Source: the human T2T-CHM13v2.0 reference genome, Homo sapiens. From it: DNA of 64,000 nt. The notes under the pieces were generated by a model. That model was not told the DNA's origin. It did no database searches and worked only from the letters and a program-made list of their open reading frames with translations. A program made the translations under genes and the position numbers. This document shows, in pieces, positions 15,213 through 31,159 of this stretch (position 1 is the stretch's first letter; each line of letters opens with the position of its first letter). The DNA is taken from NCBI RefSeq assembly GCF_009914755.1, contig NC_060931.1. One strand, written 5' to 3'.

Positions 15213-15509
15213 TTTTTTGGGTTTTTTTTTTTTTTAAGAGACAGGGTCTTGCTCTGTTGCCCAGGCTGAGTACAGTGGTACAATCATAGTTCACTGCAGC
15301 CTAGAACTCCTGGGCTCAAGGGATCCTCACCCTCCAGAGCAGCTAGGACTACAGCTGCCCCCTACTATAACCAGCTAATTTTTAAATTTTTTATAGAGAC
15401 AGGGGTCTCCCTTTGTTGCCCAGGCTGGTCTCAAACTCCCAGGCTTAATCCTCCTCCTTTGGCCTTCCAAAGTGCTAGGATTACAGGAATGAGCCACCAT
15501 GTCCAGCCT
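15213..15509 (-). mobile_element. AluJ in LSM5 intron 3
   Basis: Reverse dimer. Confidence 0.9.
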
Positions 15510-15798
15510 AAATGCTCTTACTATCAGTTCCTTTATTTGACCTGAACCCTAAAATTCCTGGCTCTTTTTGTTATCTTCTACCTTAAAACTGTGTCTCCAC
15601 TAATATTCTAGGCGTTTACTAATAATTACATTAAGGTAATAACACTCTGATCCAATTTTACAAGCAAACAGATAAAACGTCTATCTTTAACGTTATTCCA
15701 CCAAGAGGTAATGTTTTCTCATAAATAATTTTACTCAAAAGTAGTAAAACTGTCTTTAATTAAGAAGAGATTCCCCCCAATTCTTTAACACTACTCAC

Positions 15799-15826
15799 AA
15801 CTCAGTGACATCTTCCAGTACCATAT
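15799..15826 (-). CDS. LSM5: LSM5 coding exon 3 (28-nt small exon)
   Basis: Encodes NMVLEDVTEF; preceded by TTTTCTTAACACCAAATTTCAG; donor GTGAGT; frame fits both neighbours. Confidence 0.97.
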
Positions 15827-16422
<596 letters not shown>

Positions 16423-16518
16423 TGACAAAGTCATCAAATCCTAGAAGAGTACCAACAATTTCCTTATCACTCTTCATCACGATGTGAATTCTTGATCCTA
16501 TACATTTGTCCACAAGCT
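16423..16518 (-). CDS. LSM5: LSM5 coding exon 2 (Sm1 motif)
   Basis: Acceptor TTCCCTCCTCAG; encodes ELVDKCIGSRIHIVMKSDKEIVGTLLGFDDFV; ends at U12-type donor GTATCCTTT; 96 nt. Confidence 0.98.
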
Positions 16519-17189
16519 CTGAGGAGGGAAAAAATATTATTTTACCATTCATTATTTCAACAAATATTTGAGTGCCTACTGGCACTCTTACTTGCATATA
16601 GTGAAAGAAAAACCAGGAAAAACATTCATTCAATAACTTTAGGTCTTATAATACAAATCTCAGTTCAAGCACAGCATCTGGCACATAATGAGCCTTCCAA
16701 AAGAGTCTGTGGCATGAAGGAATGAAAACTTTTCAATCACGGCCACGACCACTAGTTCAATCACTCTTCACCAACTACAAAAATATAAGAGGAGATAGGT
16801 ATAATTATATTCACCGGAAACTCTCCGGTCACTGCTTCCCTTTCCCAACTCTGTCTATCCTCTGTGCTCTGACGGTAGCTTGAACATCTCTTTAGCTAGC
16901 CTAGCATTATGTGGCATGATGTCTACTTGTCCAGTGTTCTCTCCTCCACTGGCTTGTGTGCTATTTGAAGGCAATGGCTATGGTTTATCATTGAAAAATG
17001 CCCAGGCACGGTATCTAGTGTATAGATACTCAGTTACTACTTATTGAATGAATAAATAACAAACAGAGCTGGTTTCCAGATTCCTCATTTAAGGCTCATT
17101 CCGGACCAGGGTGTTAGTGTCACTAACCAACCACATACATAACATGGTCTATCTAATCTGGGGATCGTAAACGCCAGGCTGAGAAGTAG

Positions 17190-17720
17190 GCCTACTACCT
17201 ATAACACTGCAGAGGCGGGCTCACAACAAAGTAGGCCGACGACGCGTTCACTAAATGTGGACCTTTTCCAGTGAAGGTCTGGTTTGAGAAGTCAAAGTCC
17301 TTGCCTGGAGGAGCCCGACCACGTTAAAGAGCAGGTGCGGCCTGCTGTCGCGAAGACTTGGAGCTCAGAGTCGAACCGCATTTGGTCTTATACATTTCCC
17401 CACACTCGGCCAGGGCCTGCCTCGGAACAGCCCCTCGGCCCCCAATCCTGAATGTCAGCTCCCTGTTCCTGCTCCCCAAAGGACGGCGATTACCTAACGG
17501 CAGCAGCTGCGACGGGTTGGTAGTAGCGTTAGCCGCCATGGCTACGCCGGAAGTGGCCTGCCTTCATTGATGGTGGGACGACTTTGAAAAGCGCGCTTCC
17601 GCTTTTTCCGCAGCCCAAACAGGCTCGACCAATCTGAGGCCGAGCGCACGATCTAGTCAGCTGCGTCGGTCGCGTTCACTGGCTTTTTTCCCCGGCAAGT
17701 GAGATCCGGTGAAATATTTC
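17190..17720 (-). promoter_or_regulatory. LSM5 CpG-rich promoter / first exon region
   Basis: CpG dense; ETS/GABP site CCGGAAGT 17547-17554, CHR-like TTTGAA 17583-17588, CCAAT 17629-17633; no TATA. Confidence 0.85.
17494..17539 (-). CDS. LSM5: LSM5 coding exon 1 (U6 snRNA-associated Sm-like protein LSm5)
   Basis: ATG at 17539; encodes MAANATTNPSQLLPL plus the first base of E; donor G|GTAATC with GT at 17493-17492; 46 nt. Confidence 0.98.
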
Positions 17721-18288
17721 CTGCCCACTGGACATTTTACCATCTCGGCAGATACCCATTCTGCCCTTGAAGTTTTGGAGAGACGTTGAAGATATTTTGC
17801 CTTGTGAATAAATTGTTCCTGTAACGTTTGAGTCTTCTTCCCCCGTAAAGTTGCATTTCCTCTCAAGCCAGAATCTTCAAACCAGTATAAATCAATTCGT
17901 ATTTCCTGCCATCAATTAACTGTTACAATTTTCGTTACAACTACTCATTAAGGAATCTATTGTTTCTTTTTAAAGTCCAGTGGATTGAAAATCTGCAACT
18001 AGCATTTTTTAAAATTTTTCTTTAGTGAGGATTTAAGATATGTTTTTTAAACTTTTTACTACTTTAATTCATCGTTCTTATCTTTTTATGTCTGGTAGTC
18101 TTATTTATTATAGGCTTTTAAATTCAGTTTCTTCAACAATTCTTGTCTCACAGGCAACCACCAGATGTCACTCTAAATTATTCCAGAAGTGTAAAATCAT
18201 GCTTTCCACTTCTGTGTTGAAAACAGCAAAGTATCGGCCCTAGTCTGTTTTATATTTGTATCCTAGGAACTTAAACCTGAACAGTCTA

Positions 18289-18633
<345 letters not shown>

Positions 18634-18699
18634 TCATACAACAAATGGTCATTAAGCACCCATCATTCCTTCATAGACTGAGTTCCTCAAGGCTGAGAA

Positions 18700-18955
18700 T
18701 TATGGGAAGCAGTAGTTTACGTGATTAAATTTCTTCATTTTGAATTAAATGACTTTGGTTCAAATTCCATGGTCAGTTATTTGACAATGGGCACGTTATT
18801 TTAACTTTTTAAGTCTCAATATACCCATTGGAAAAAATGGGGACAATAGTATCTACTCATAAGATTAATGTGAAGATTAATTGAGATAATCTATGAAAAG
18901 TGGTCAGCATAGGACCTGGCACATAGCCCTTTTAAACATGAGCTGTTATTACTTA
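18700..18955 (+). mobile_element. MIR
   Basis: AAGTCTCAAT...AAAATGGGGACAATAGTATCTACTCATAAG...CCTGGCACATAG core. Confidence 0.7.
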
Positions 18956-19416
18956 TCCTTGTTTTCTAATACATGATGTCTGGCTCAGAGTGAAGCTACA
19001 TAAAGCTAGCATTGCTAGCTGGTTTTGCATTCATCTTATTTTTATAACCAGACATAAGCCACTTTAAGGAAGCAATTTCTTATTTTATACACTGTGCACA
19101 CTACATTTTCAGGCACACTGTAGGGCCTAATGAATATTCTTTAAATTGATTCTCACTATTTCATTCACACCCATCAACATTCTCCTTACTCTTCATAAGA
19201 TTTTAAATACGAAGTAATGCCAGATTTGTTTGTGACGCTTCTTTCTTTCTCTTTCTCTTTTTTTCTTTTTGTCCAATCCTCATTTGGTTGAAAACCACCT
19301 CTTTTCCTGGTTTTCCTTTTCTATTCCTATTTTATTTTCCCCATACCATACTGACACTATGGGAGAATTCAAAACATTGTTGTTATTTGATAGAGTTTTT
19401 AAAAATTAGAAAAATA

Positions 19417-19718
19417 GGCTGGGCACAGTGGCTCACGCCTATAATCCCAACACTTTGGGGGCCGAGGTGGGCGGATCACGAGGTCAAGACATGAAGACCA
19501 TCCTGGCCAACATGGTGAAACCCCATCTCTATTAAGAATACAAAAATTAGCTAGGTGTGGTGGCACAGGCCTGTAGTCCCAGGTACTCAGGAGGCTGAGG
19601 CAGGAGAATCGCTTGAACCTGGGAGGCAGAGGTTGCAGTGAGCCAATCGTGCCACTGCACTCCAGCCTGGCGACGGAGTGAGACTCCATCTCAAAACAAC
19701 AACAACAACAAAAAAAAC
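19417..19718 (+). mobile_element. AluS(c)
   Basis: Complete dimer with (AAC)n tail. Confidence 0.95.
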
Positions 19719-20199
19719 AGAATAAACATTAGCAATTTTGAATGCCACTAATAAAGAATAAAGAAAATCTCTTTAGAATCTGAAAAAAGGAACGATATAT
19801 AGTTCACTTACATAGTAGAGTTAATGGGGATTTCAGGGAGTGGTATTTTTATTATTTTCTCTCCTGAGGCAAGACACAAAAAGGAAGAACAGGCCAATTC
19901 CAAATGGAGAGTTGTTATGAACTTGAAAATATGTCATAGCTCTATGTCTCAAGGATTTTTCTCCCTTTAAGTCTTAAGTAGAAGACGTAAAATAGAATTT
20001 ATAATTTATCATAAAATACATGTAACTACCAAAGGCTCTTCCATGTATTATATGTTCAGAAAGGCATTTCTAATTTTCTCCCTCGAGTTAAATTAGAAAT
20101 TTTATTATTTTCCCAATAGACATTTGTCCTTGTGGACAATATCTTGTTAATGAATTTATTCTACATTAATACAACTCATTTAAAACATAATGTAAGATG

Positions 20200-21404
<1,205 letters not shown>

Positions 21405-22379
21405 TAACACATCACACAGCTGACAGCTCAAAACAGTTAATATATTAAGAAAACAGTTAATATATTCTGCATACAGGGAGCAATATAGTTTTACACAGTT
21501 TTCTGAGACAATGCCAATAATTTTGTAATACAGAAATGTATAGCAGCATCTTGAAAAATGTCTGCAGTATTAGCATTAAAACAGTTCTACTGAATCACAG
21601 AAACTAAATTTGATTTAGGAAGCCTACTGTTTTTCTCAGCTATGGTTAGATTAGAACAGAGCTCCTTACTTTTCAAGACCAGAAGTGCAAAATATCACAG
21701 TTACTGTAGTAATCTCGAATTCTATTTGAAGCAGACACCTATCCTTTAGGTTATTTGAAAACTGTCCTAGATAAGACTTGTTAAATCTTTTCTATAATGC
21801 ACTTTAAATTGACATGAGATTCACTGCTTAAAAAAGAATTGTAGTACAATCAGTAAAGGAATTAAAAAACCCTGGTGACAACAGAGCCCATATATTTTGT
21901 ATTGACCAGAGTACTACACCCAAAATGAGATGGAATGAAAAGAATATTCTTATAAAATCGCAGGACTAGAATAATCATTTTACACGTATCCAAGTAAACT
22001 TCCTTTGTTGTCAAGGATATTCTGTTTCAGGTTTTAAATGCGTCTCAGATTCCTACACATAATATTTAAACGAAGAAAAAAAAACTCTAGAAAGAAACAA
22101 ACAAGAATTCTCGAGTAAGCAAGTAATTTAAAGGCTGAATACACAGATACGCAACCTCACCAGTATGCTCCATGTTACTACATATTTAAGAATAAGGACG
22201 GGGGCCACAGAGGCAAAGGCAAGGAGGTGAAGGAATCGGACACTCGGAGAGTGAACCGAAAAGATGTGAAAAAGCAAGGAAAACAGAAGAGAAGAGGGAA
22301 GTGGGAAAACTTTGAGGAAAAAGAGAAGGCAAAAGAGAAGGAAGTGCTTTGAGATTGAATCCAGGGAGGAAAAAGCAGG

Positions 22380-23140
22380 TGTGCCACGCCGCACCTCCAG
22401 GTCCCGCGGACACCACAGGCTCTGCAAGCCCAGCCGCCCGGGTCACGTAAGCCCCACCCCGCCGCTCCTCGTCAAGTCCCACCCGGACCCGCCCTCCCCC
22501 CGCTCCTCCCCCCGCTCCTCCCCGCCCCACAGAGTCGATCTCTCCTCTCCTAGACCCACCCCGCTCCCCCAGGCTCCACCTCGGCCTCTCAGACCCCGCC
22601 CCGTCAGGGCCCTCCCGGCCTTGCCCAGCCCTGCCTCGCCGGCGGCGGCCGCCGTGTCAGGTGACAGCCCGGAAGCTGCGGAAGCGGATGAGGGAAGGGC
22701 GGCCGTGGCCCTGGGGGCGGCGGGAGCTGCTTTGCCTCCACCGATCTCCCTGTGGGGCCCTCATGTGCTGTGCTCGCTGACACCCGAAGTCCGCGGCTTT
22801 CCGCACACGGTGGGGTCGTCAGACCCGCTGCCCTTGGCGGTCGAAGTCGTCGTGCGGGCCCGCGGCGGCCGCCCATGGAGAAGGCCAGGAGAGGCGGGGA
22901 TGGCGTCCCCCGGGGGCCCGTACTGCACATCGTGGTGGTCGGATTTCACCACAAGAAGGGCTGCCAGGTGAGGAAAGGGCCCGCCCCCGACCCCAGCCGT
23001 TCGGGCGTTCGCCCCTTCCGGGGCCCCCCTGCCCTGCTTCTGTGTGCTCAGCTCGCGTCGTGCAGTCCTCCCCACAGCGCCTGCGACCCTTCGCCTCTCA
23101 ACCTGACTCCTTTTGCAGCTCCTCCCACCCGCCCCACATG
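22380..23140 (+). promoter_or_regulatory. AVL9 CpG island promoter (possibly bidirectional)
   Basis: Very GC/CpG rich; GC boxes (CCCCGCCC), GTCACGT at 22442, ETS-like CCGGAAG near 22668; spans AVL9 exon 1. Confidence 0.9.
22875..22967 (+). CDS. AVL9: AVL9 coding exon 1 (AVL9/DENN-related late secretory pathway protein)
   Basis: GCCGCCCATGG start; MEKARRGGDGVPRGPVLHIVVVGFHHKKGCQ contains the Avl9 N-terminal VVGFHHKKG motif; phase-0 donor CAG|GTGAGG at 22968. Confidence 0.95.
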
Positions 23141-23998
23141 AAGCCCAGCCCCCACAACCTCTTCCTTCTGCCCCTGAAAAATGGTTGAGCAGCGGAGGAG
23201 CTGGTTGATACGTGTAGGTTGTAGGTTTTTAACTTCTGCTTTGGTGGAGTGGGAGGAAAGCATCGAAGACCGGCCCCACTCTCTTCCCCGTCCATCATTG
23301 TCTCCACTGGCTTTCTGGGTGTCCACCTATAATGGGAGTCTAGAAAAATTCAGTGCTTGGACTCTGCTTTCAAGGTAATAGGCTCAGTGGGCTTGCATAC
23401 TAATGCTTCAGGTAGCTTGCAGCACATGCAGCCTCCGTAGAAAAATCAGCTTCCTTTGTTTATCTGATGGAAGCCTTGGAATCTCTCCTGTTAGGTACGG
23501 TTGTCGATTGACTTTGCCTCCCCCTTCCCATTGGTCCTTAGTTTTGCTATTTCATCTTCTCCAGATTTTGCCTTTTGGTGAGAGATTAATCTCTCCATAT
23601 CAACCGCAATAAGAGAAAGTGTATTACCAAACCGTTCAAATATAAAGGCGTTTTTCAGCAGCCTCACTGAATCATTAATGCAGCATCTGAAATGGAATAT
23701 TTGCAATCTATGTATTGAAGGCAAGAGAACAAAATAGAAACAGGATTATTTAATGAGCAAGCAAACACTGGAAGGGAATGATGTCATAATGTGCTAGTGA
23801 ACAGTAAATTGAAATGCTTTTTTGAAGTATTAAAAATAGTAATTGCCACCACTAGCTAATGAAGCATTTAGTTTCTTGCATTCCACAGGAAATGTAACAT
23901 TTTAGAAGACTTATTGGCAAAAATTAAGTTCTCTAGGGAATAAGAGAAAAGTGATGGGAGTGAAAAAATCGTGTTTGTGCGTAATTTTGAAATATATC

Positions 23999-24563
<565 letters not shown>

Positions 24564-24826
24564 CTAGAATCTGTTCTTTATAACCTGTACATCAGGTGTT
24601 TTCAGAGGCTTTAATTAAAGTATGTAAGATTTGCCCCAGGATAGATTAATCAGCTACCTAATTCTCCACTTTAACTATTTTACTTCCAGGTGTAAATTAA
24701 AGGTGCATGGCTCATTGAGTTGTGACTCTGACTTAACACGGTTTTAACTTGTGTGAGGGTACTTAGACTGCTCTTCCAAGTATTCAAAATTGCCGTGGGT
24801 CATGTTGACTGTTGACCATTAGTTCT

Positions 24827-25122
24827 TTTTTTTTTTTTTTTTCTTCAGATGGAATCTCACTCTCTCACCCAGGCTGGAGTGCAGTGGAGCTCGGCTCACT
24901 ACAAGCTCTGCCTCCTGGGTTCACACCATTCTCCTGCCTCAGCCTCCCGAGTAGCTGGGACTACAGGCGCCCGCCACCGCGCCCGGCTAATTTTTTGTAT
25001 TTTTAGTAGAGACGGGGTTTCACAATGTTAGCCAGGATGGTCTCGATCTCCTTACCTCGTGATCCGCCCGCCTCGGCCTCCCAAAGTGCTGGGATTACAG
25101 GCGTGAGCCACCACGCCCAGTC
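24827..25122 (-). mobile_element. AluY
   Basis: CpG-rich reverse dimer; TSD TGACCATTAGTTCT at 24813-24826 and 25124-25137. Confidence 0.95.
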
Positions 25123-25365
25123 ATGACCATTAGTTCTAAATGTGCGCTGAGATTGTGCATAGGGAAGATTCCTATACTTGGTCGTAATTTGTAACTTTTA
25201 AATAGAAGTGACTGAAGTAAAACCTTTGTTTTAAAAGTAATGCCTTTCAGCAGTCCGCTTGGTTAAGCATGATAACTTTGTCATTTGACATGGACCTCAA
25301 AGTAAAAGCCATCTTCTAATACTGCTGTGTTGAAGACCCAAAACTAGGCTTGTGGAAAATGTTAG

Positions 25366-25720
<355 letters not shown>

Positions 25721-26054
25721 TAAATGAAAAATTCCTTCATTTGAATTTAAATGAACATCTATTAACTTTATCACTTGATCTTTTTTTTTTTTTCACTTTT
25801 ATTTGGGTAACTTGTGGAAGTAAATTCTTCTGTAGATAGCGTGTTAGCTTCTAGATGTCATTTTTCTAGTTTACTGATATACTTAACATTTAGAACATTT
25901 TAAGTGATTTTTTTGAGTTCTACCATAACATTTAAAGTTGTTTCAAAATATTTACTCATTTCAACTTTTTACTGAATTGTTTAAAATTTAATATTTAACA
26001 AGGGATAATAATTAACAAGGGATAATTTAACATTTAACAAGGGATACTAAGTGT

Positions 26055-26355
26055 GGCCGGGTGCAGTAGCTCATGCCTGTAATCCTAACACTTTGGGAGG
26101 CTCAAGTGAGGTGGATCACTTGAGCTCAGGAGTTCAAGACCAGCCTGGGCAATATGGCGGAACCCAGTCTCTACTAAAAATATAAACATTAGCTGGACGC
26201 GGTGGCGTGTGCCTGTAATCCCAGCTACTCAGGAGGCTGAGGCAGGAGATTTGCTTGAATCTGGGAGGCGGAGGTTACAGTGAGCGAAGATCTGCCTACT
26301 GCACTCCAGCCTGGGCGACAATGAGTCCCTGTCTCAAAACGAAACAAAACAAAAA
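26055..26355 (+). mobile_element. AluS/J
   Basis: Complete dimer. Confidence 0.93.
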
Positions 26356-26752
26356 TTTATCTGACATTAGACCCTTTGGCATGAAATAATTTATGGATAC
26401 CTTCTCTGTAGTAAATTGGCTTGTTATAGATTGTGTATTCCAGAGTTTTGTTTGTTCCAATATATAAATTATACTTGTCGGACTACCAAAATTTTTTGCT
26501 AAGTAGCATCAAATATATATCACATTAACTCTGTTTTTTTTTTCATAAACAGGTTAGAACTTTTTTAACTACTCAAGTTAAAAGGGAATAGGTTATTTTC
26601 CAAAGTGATGTCATAAAAAGTTGAAATAATTACTTAATTTTTGGCCACTTTTCTGATAGTTTATTGTTTTGTATACATAGCTAGCAGTTTTAAGTCTTAA
26701 GTAAACTGGATTTACCAAACTGTATTTCTAATACAAAAAAGGCAGAATAACA

Positions 26753-28143
26753 ATTTTTTTTTTAATTATACTTTAAGTTCTGGGATACATGTGCGAAACA
26801 TTCGGGTTTGTTATATAGGTATACATGTGCCATGGTGGTTTGCTGCATCCATCAACCAGTCATCTAGATTTTAAGCCCCATATGCATTAGGTATTTGTCC
26901 TAATGCTCTCCCTCCCCTTGCCTCCCATCCCCCAACAGGCACCAGTCTGTGATGTTCCCCTCCCTGTGTCCATGTGTTCTCATTGTTCAACTCCCACTTA
27001 TGAGTGAGAACATGTGGTGTTTGGTTTTGTGTTCCTGTGTTAGTTTGCTGAGAATGATGGTTTCCAGCTTCATCCATATCTCTGCAAAGGACATGAACTC
27101 ATTCTTTTTCATGGCTGCATAGTATTCCATGGTGTGTATGTACCACATTTTCTTTATCCAGTCTATCATTGATGGGCATTTGGGTTGGTTCCAAGTCTTT
27201 GCTATTGTGAATAGTGCTGCAATAAACGTGTCTGTGTGTGTCTTTATAGTAGAATGATGTATAATCCTTCGGGTATATACCCAGTAGTGGGGTTGCTGGG
27301 TCAAATGGTATTTCTGGTTCTAGATCCTTGAGGAATCACCACACTGTCTTCCACAATGATTGAACTAATTTACACTTCCATCAACAGTGTAAAAGCATTC
27401 CTATTTCACATCCTCTCCAGCATCTGTTGTTTCCTGACATTTTAATGATCACCATTCTAACTGGCATGAGATGGTATCTCATGGTTTTGATTTGCATTTC
27501 TCTAATGACCAATGATGATGAGCTTTTTTTCATATGTTTATTGGCCGCACAGATATCTTTTGAGAAGTGTCTGTTCATATCCTTCGCCCACTTTTTGATG
27601 GGGTTGTTTTTTTTCTTATAAATTTGTTTAAGTTCCTTGTAGAGTCTGGATATTAGGCCTTTGTCAGATGGGTAGATTGCAAAAATTTTCTCTCATTCCA
27701 TAGGTTGCCTGTTCACTCTAATGCTAGTTTCTTTGGTTTAATTAGAGCTCTTTAGTTTTTTTTTAATTTAAGCTCTTTAGTTTAATTAGATCCCATTTGT
27801 CAATTTTGTCTTTTGTTGCAATTGCTTTTGGTGTTTTAGTTACGAAGTCTTTGCCATGCCTATATCCTGAATGGTATTGCCTAGGTTTTCTTCTGGGGTT
27901 TTTATGGTTTTAGGTGTTAGTTTAAGTCTTTAATCCATCCTCTGTTAATTTTTGTATAAGGTGTAAGGAAGGGGTCTAGTTTCAGTTTTCTGCATATGGC
28001 TTGCCTGTTTTCCCAGCACCAGTTATTAAATAGGGAATCTTTTCCCCATTGCTTATTTTGTCAGGTTTGTCAAAGAGCAGATGGCTGTAGATGTGTGGTG
28101 TTATTTGTGAGACCTCTGTTCTGTCCCGTTGGTCTATATGTCT
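26753..28143 (-). mobile_element. 5'-truncated L1PA (ORF2 C-terminus + 3'UTR), antisense to AVL9
   Basis: ORF-track fragments FIAALFTIAKTWNQPKCPS and MNRHFSKD...IREMQIKT are L1 ORF2p; TTATACTTTAAGTTCTGGGATACATGTGC 3' end; frameshifted. Confidence 0.95.
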
Positions 28144-29232
28144 AAAAAGCAGAAGTATAAAAGAGCTAGAACTAATCTTAACACTAGTTCCACCAGTGAG
28201 TAAAGCAACCAGCAGCAGTGAAGAAAATGGCAGATTTTCCTGTTGGTGTGAGTGGACTGGTCACAAGAAAGTCTCCATGGGGTAGCAGAATGTTGCATTG
28301 CAAATTTAGAAATGGGTTGATATTAGGGGGATTGTTTATGTTGGAGTGCTACAACTATACTCAAGCCCTGAGTGATTCAGGTTTTGGTGACAGATGACTC
28401 ACTGACAAGCCTTTTTTGGCAACTGCTATTAATGAAATCCTGTGGTGACAATAATGAAACATTTGGGAGGGTTTGTTTGATTCTTGTTGCAATAAGTAGT
28501 TCTTTGGAACAAGAAAGAAGAAAACTGAAGGGTTAGCAGTTAGGGAAGAATAACCTTTTAAGATTCTTTTTAGCTGCTAGTTTTACAGAAACTTTGTTCT
28601 GAAACAAGATTGCATTTTCTGGCCCTTCACTGCACTTTTATTTCTTCAACTTTAATATTTTGGTAGATGGTTTTTCCTGATTTTGGCCATGCTTTTTGTA
28701 TATGCTGAAATTATGAAAATCTCTGACTTAGCAGGGCTGCAGCATTGACAGAACAATGGAATAGTTTTCATTCAGGCTTTGGCATTGTGGCTAAGCGGAG
28801 TGGGTGTCAACTTGTGTACTAGAACTTTGAAATATCAGGAAGATTCCTTTGTTCTCTTATGGGTCCTCCCAGCTAGCAAGAATGTGCCTAATTTCTTTCT
28901 TTGGCTTAAGCCTTTGATCCCTAGTAAAATACTTATACACCATGAGTAATCATCTACTTCATGTCATTGATATGATTCAGATCCTTTGCTGAATGTAGAT
29001 TTTTGCTAAAGGGAAGACTGCAGAAGGGCCCTAATCTACTAGGGATGGACAACAGAAAGATGCAGACACATAGGGAGAAGAGCCTACTTACCTACTTAAT
29101 TTTAAGACTGCTCCTTTTTTATATGGATTAAGAACTCAGGTTCTCCCTAGGATATTTTTAGAGGATATTATCTAAGCTGATATTTTTGGCAGTTTTTAAA
29201 TCATATTTCAGTATTTTTGAAAATAACATTTA

Positions 29233-29596
<364 letters not shown>

Positions 29597-30357
29597 GGTA
29601 TCAAACCATAATCATGTTTCATGGCCTACCTTTTTCATGTGAAATATACCATTAATATTTTTCTGTATTAGTAAATAATTGAATTATATTTTAAAATTGC
29701 TAAATAGTATTTTGTAGAAATACTTTTATTTAACTGATCTCCTTTTTAGATACTTAGGTGGCATTCTAATTTTTCACTATTTTGAATAGCGCTGCAAAGA
29801 ACATCCTTGTGGCTTTTTGCACCTTTTCTCATAAGTATAGAGACTTCATTGTAGCCATTTTTTTGGTGAAGTTTGTATTAAAATGGATTTTGAAACAGAA
29901 CTTACTGAACACAATTTAAGTTACTCTGGGTGACTCTCTTCAGAGCAAATGTCACTCATACTGTGGCATTCTCCGTTTAACATAGAGTGATTTGCACATG
30001 GCTCTGACTTCGTTGGGCCCTAGCCGGCCAGACAGAGAGGTGACAGATATGTTAGTAATTATTTCCCAATGTCAATACTATCCATAGTGATGGTGGTGTT
30101 TTCCGCTTCCCTTTATTTGATGCTTTTCTTCCATTGATTGGGAGACCACATCTACTGAATCTGTTGTGTGAAATAAAATGACTCAGTCATGGGTTTTGAA
30201 AGGAAACCTAAAGCCTTCTTGGTATACTGTCAAGAGCTTTATAATAACTGGTTTTGCTGATAGATGTTTTTTTCATTTGTTTCTGGTTCTTGGCAGTTTT
30301 GTAGGTAATTAAGTTGTCAGAAGTGTGACTTCTGAATAAACTCTGGGTGTTCATTTA

Positions 30358-30832
<475 letters not shown>

Positions 30833-30861
30833 TCATATATGTGCACATGGCTACAAGGTTC

Positions 30862-31159
30862 TTTTTTTTTTTGTTTCGAGACGGAGTCTCACTCTGCCAC
30901 CCAGGCTGGAGTGCAGTAAAATGATCTTCGTTCACTGCATCCTCCACCTCCTGGGTACAAGCAATTCTCCTGCCTCAGCCTCCCGAGTAGCTGGGATTAC
31001 AGGTGTGCACCACCACACCCGGCTATGTTTTGTATTTTTAGTAGAGTCAGGGTTTCACCCTGTTGGCCAGGCAGGTCTCAAACTCCTGAGCTCAGATGAT
31101 CTGCCTGCCTCAGCCTCCCAAAGTGCTGGGATTACAGGCGTAAGCCACCGCACCTGGCC
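30862..31159 (-). mobile_element. AluS
   Basis: Reverse dimer. Confidence 0.95.

Noticed and set aside
15511-15700. Intronic snoRNA/scaRNA as the explanation for the duplicated segment
   Set aside because: No convincing C box (RTGATGA) with terminal stem or H/ACA double hairpin seen by eye; needs an Infernal/Rfam search to exclude formally.
22312-22971. 219-aa Pro/Arg-rich ORF and other ORFs over the AVL9 CpG island
   Set aside because: Non-ATG start; stop-poor GC-rich DNA; different frame from the recognisable AVL9 exon.
25991-26050. Short tandem copies of TTAACAAGGGATA (and similar micro-duplications at ~21430 and ~40170)
   Set aside because: Ordinary slippage-type micro-duplications with no sign of function.
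26871-27621. ORFs resembling L1 ORF2p
   Set aside because: Broken fragments of a 5'-truncated L1; not an active element or host gene.
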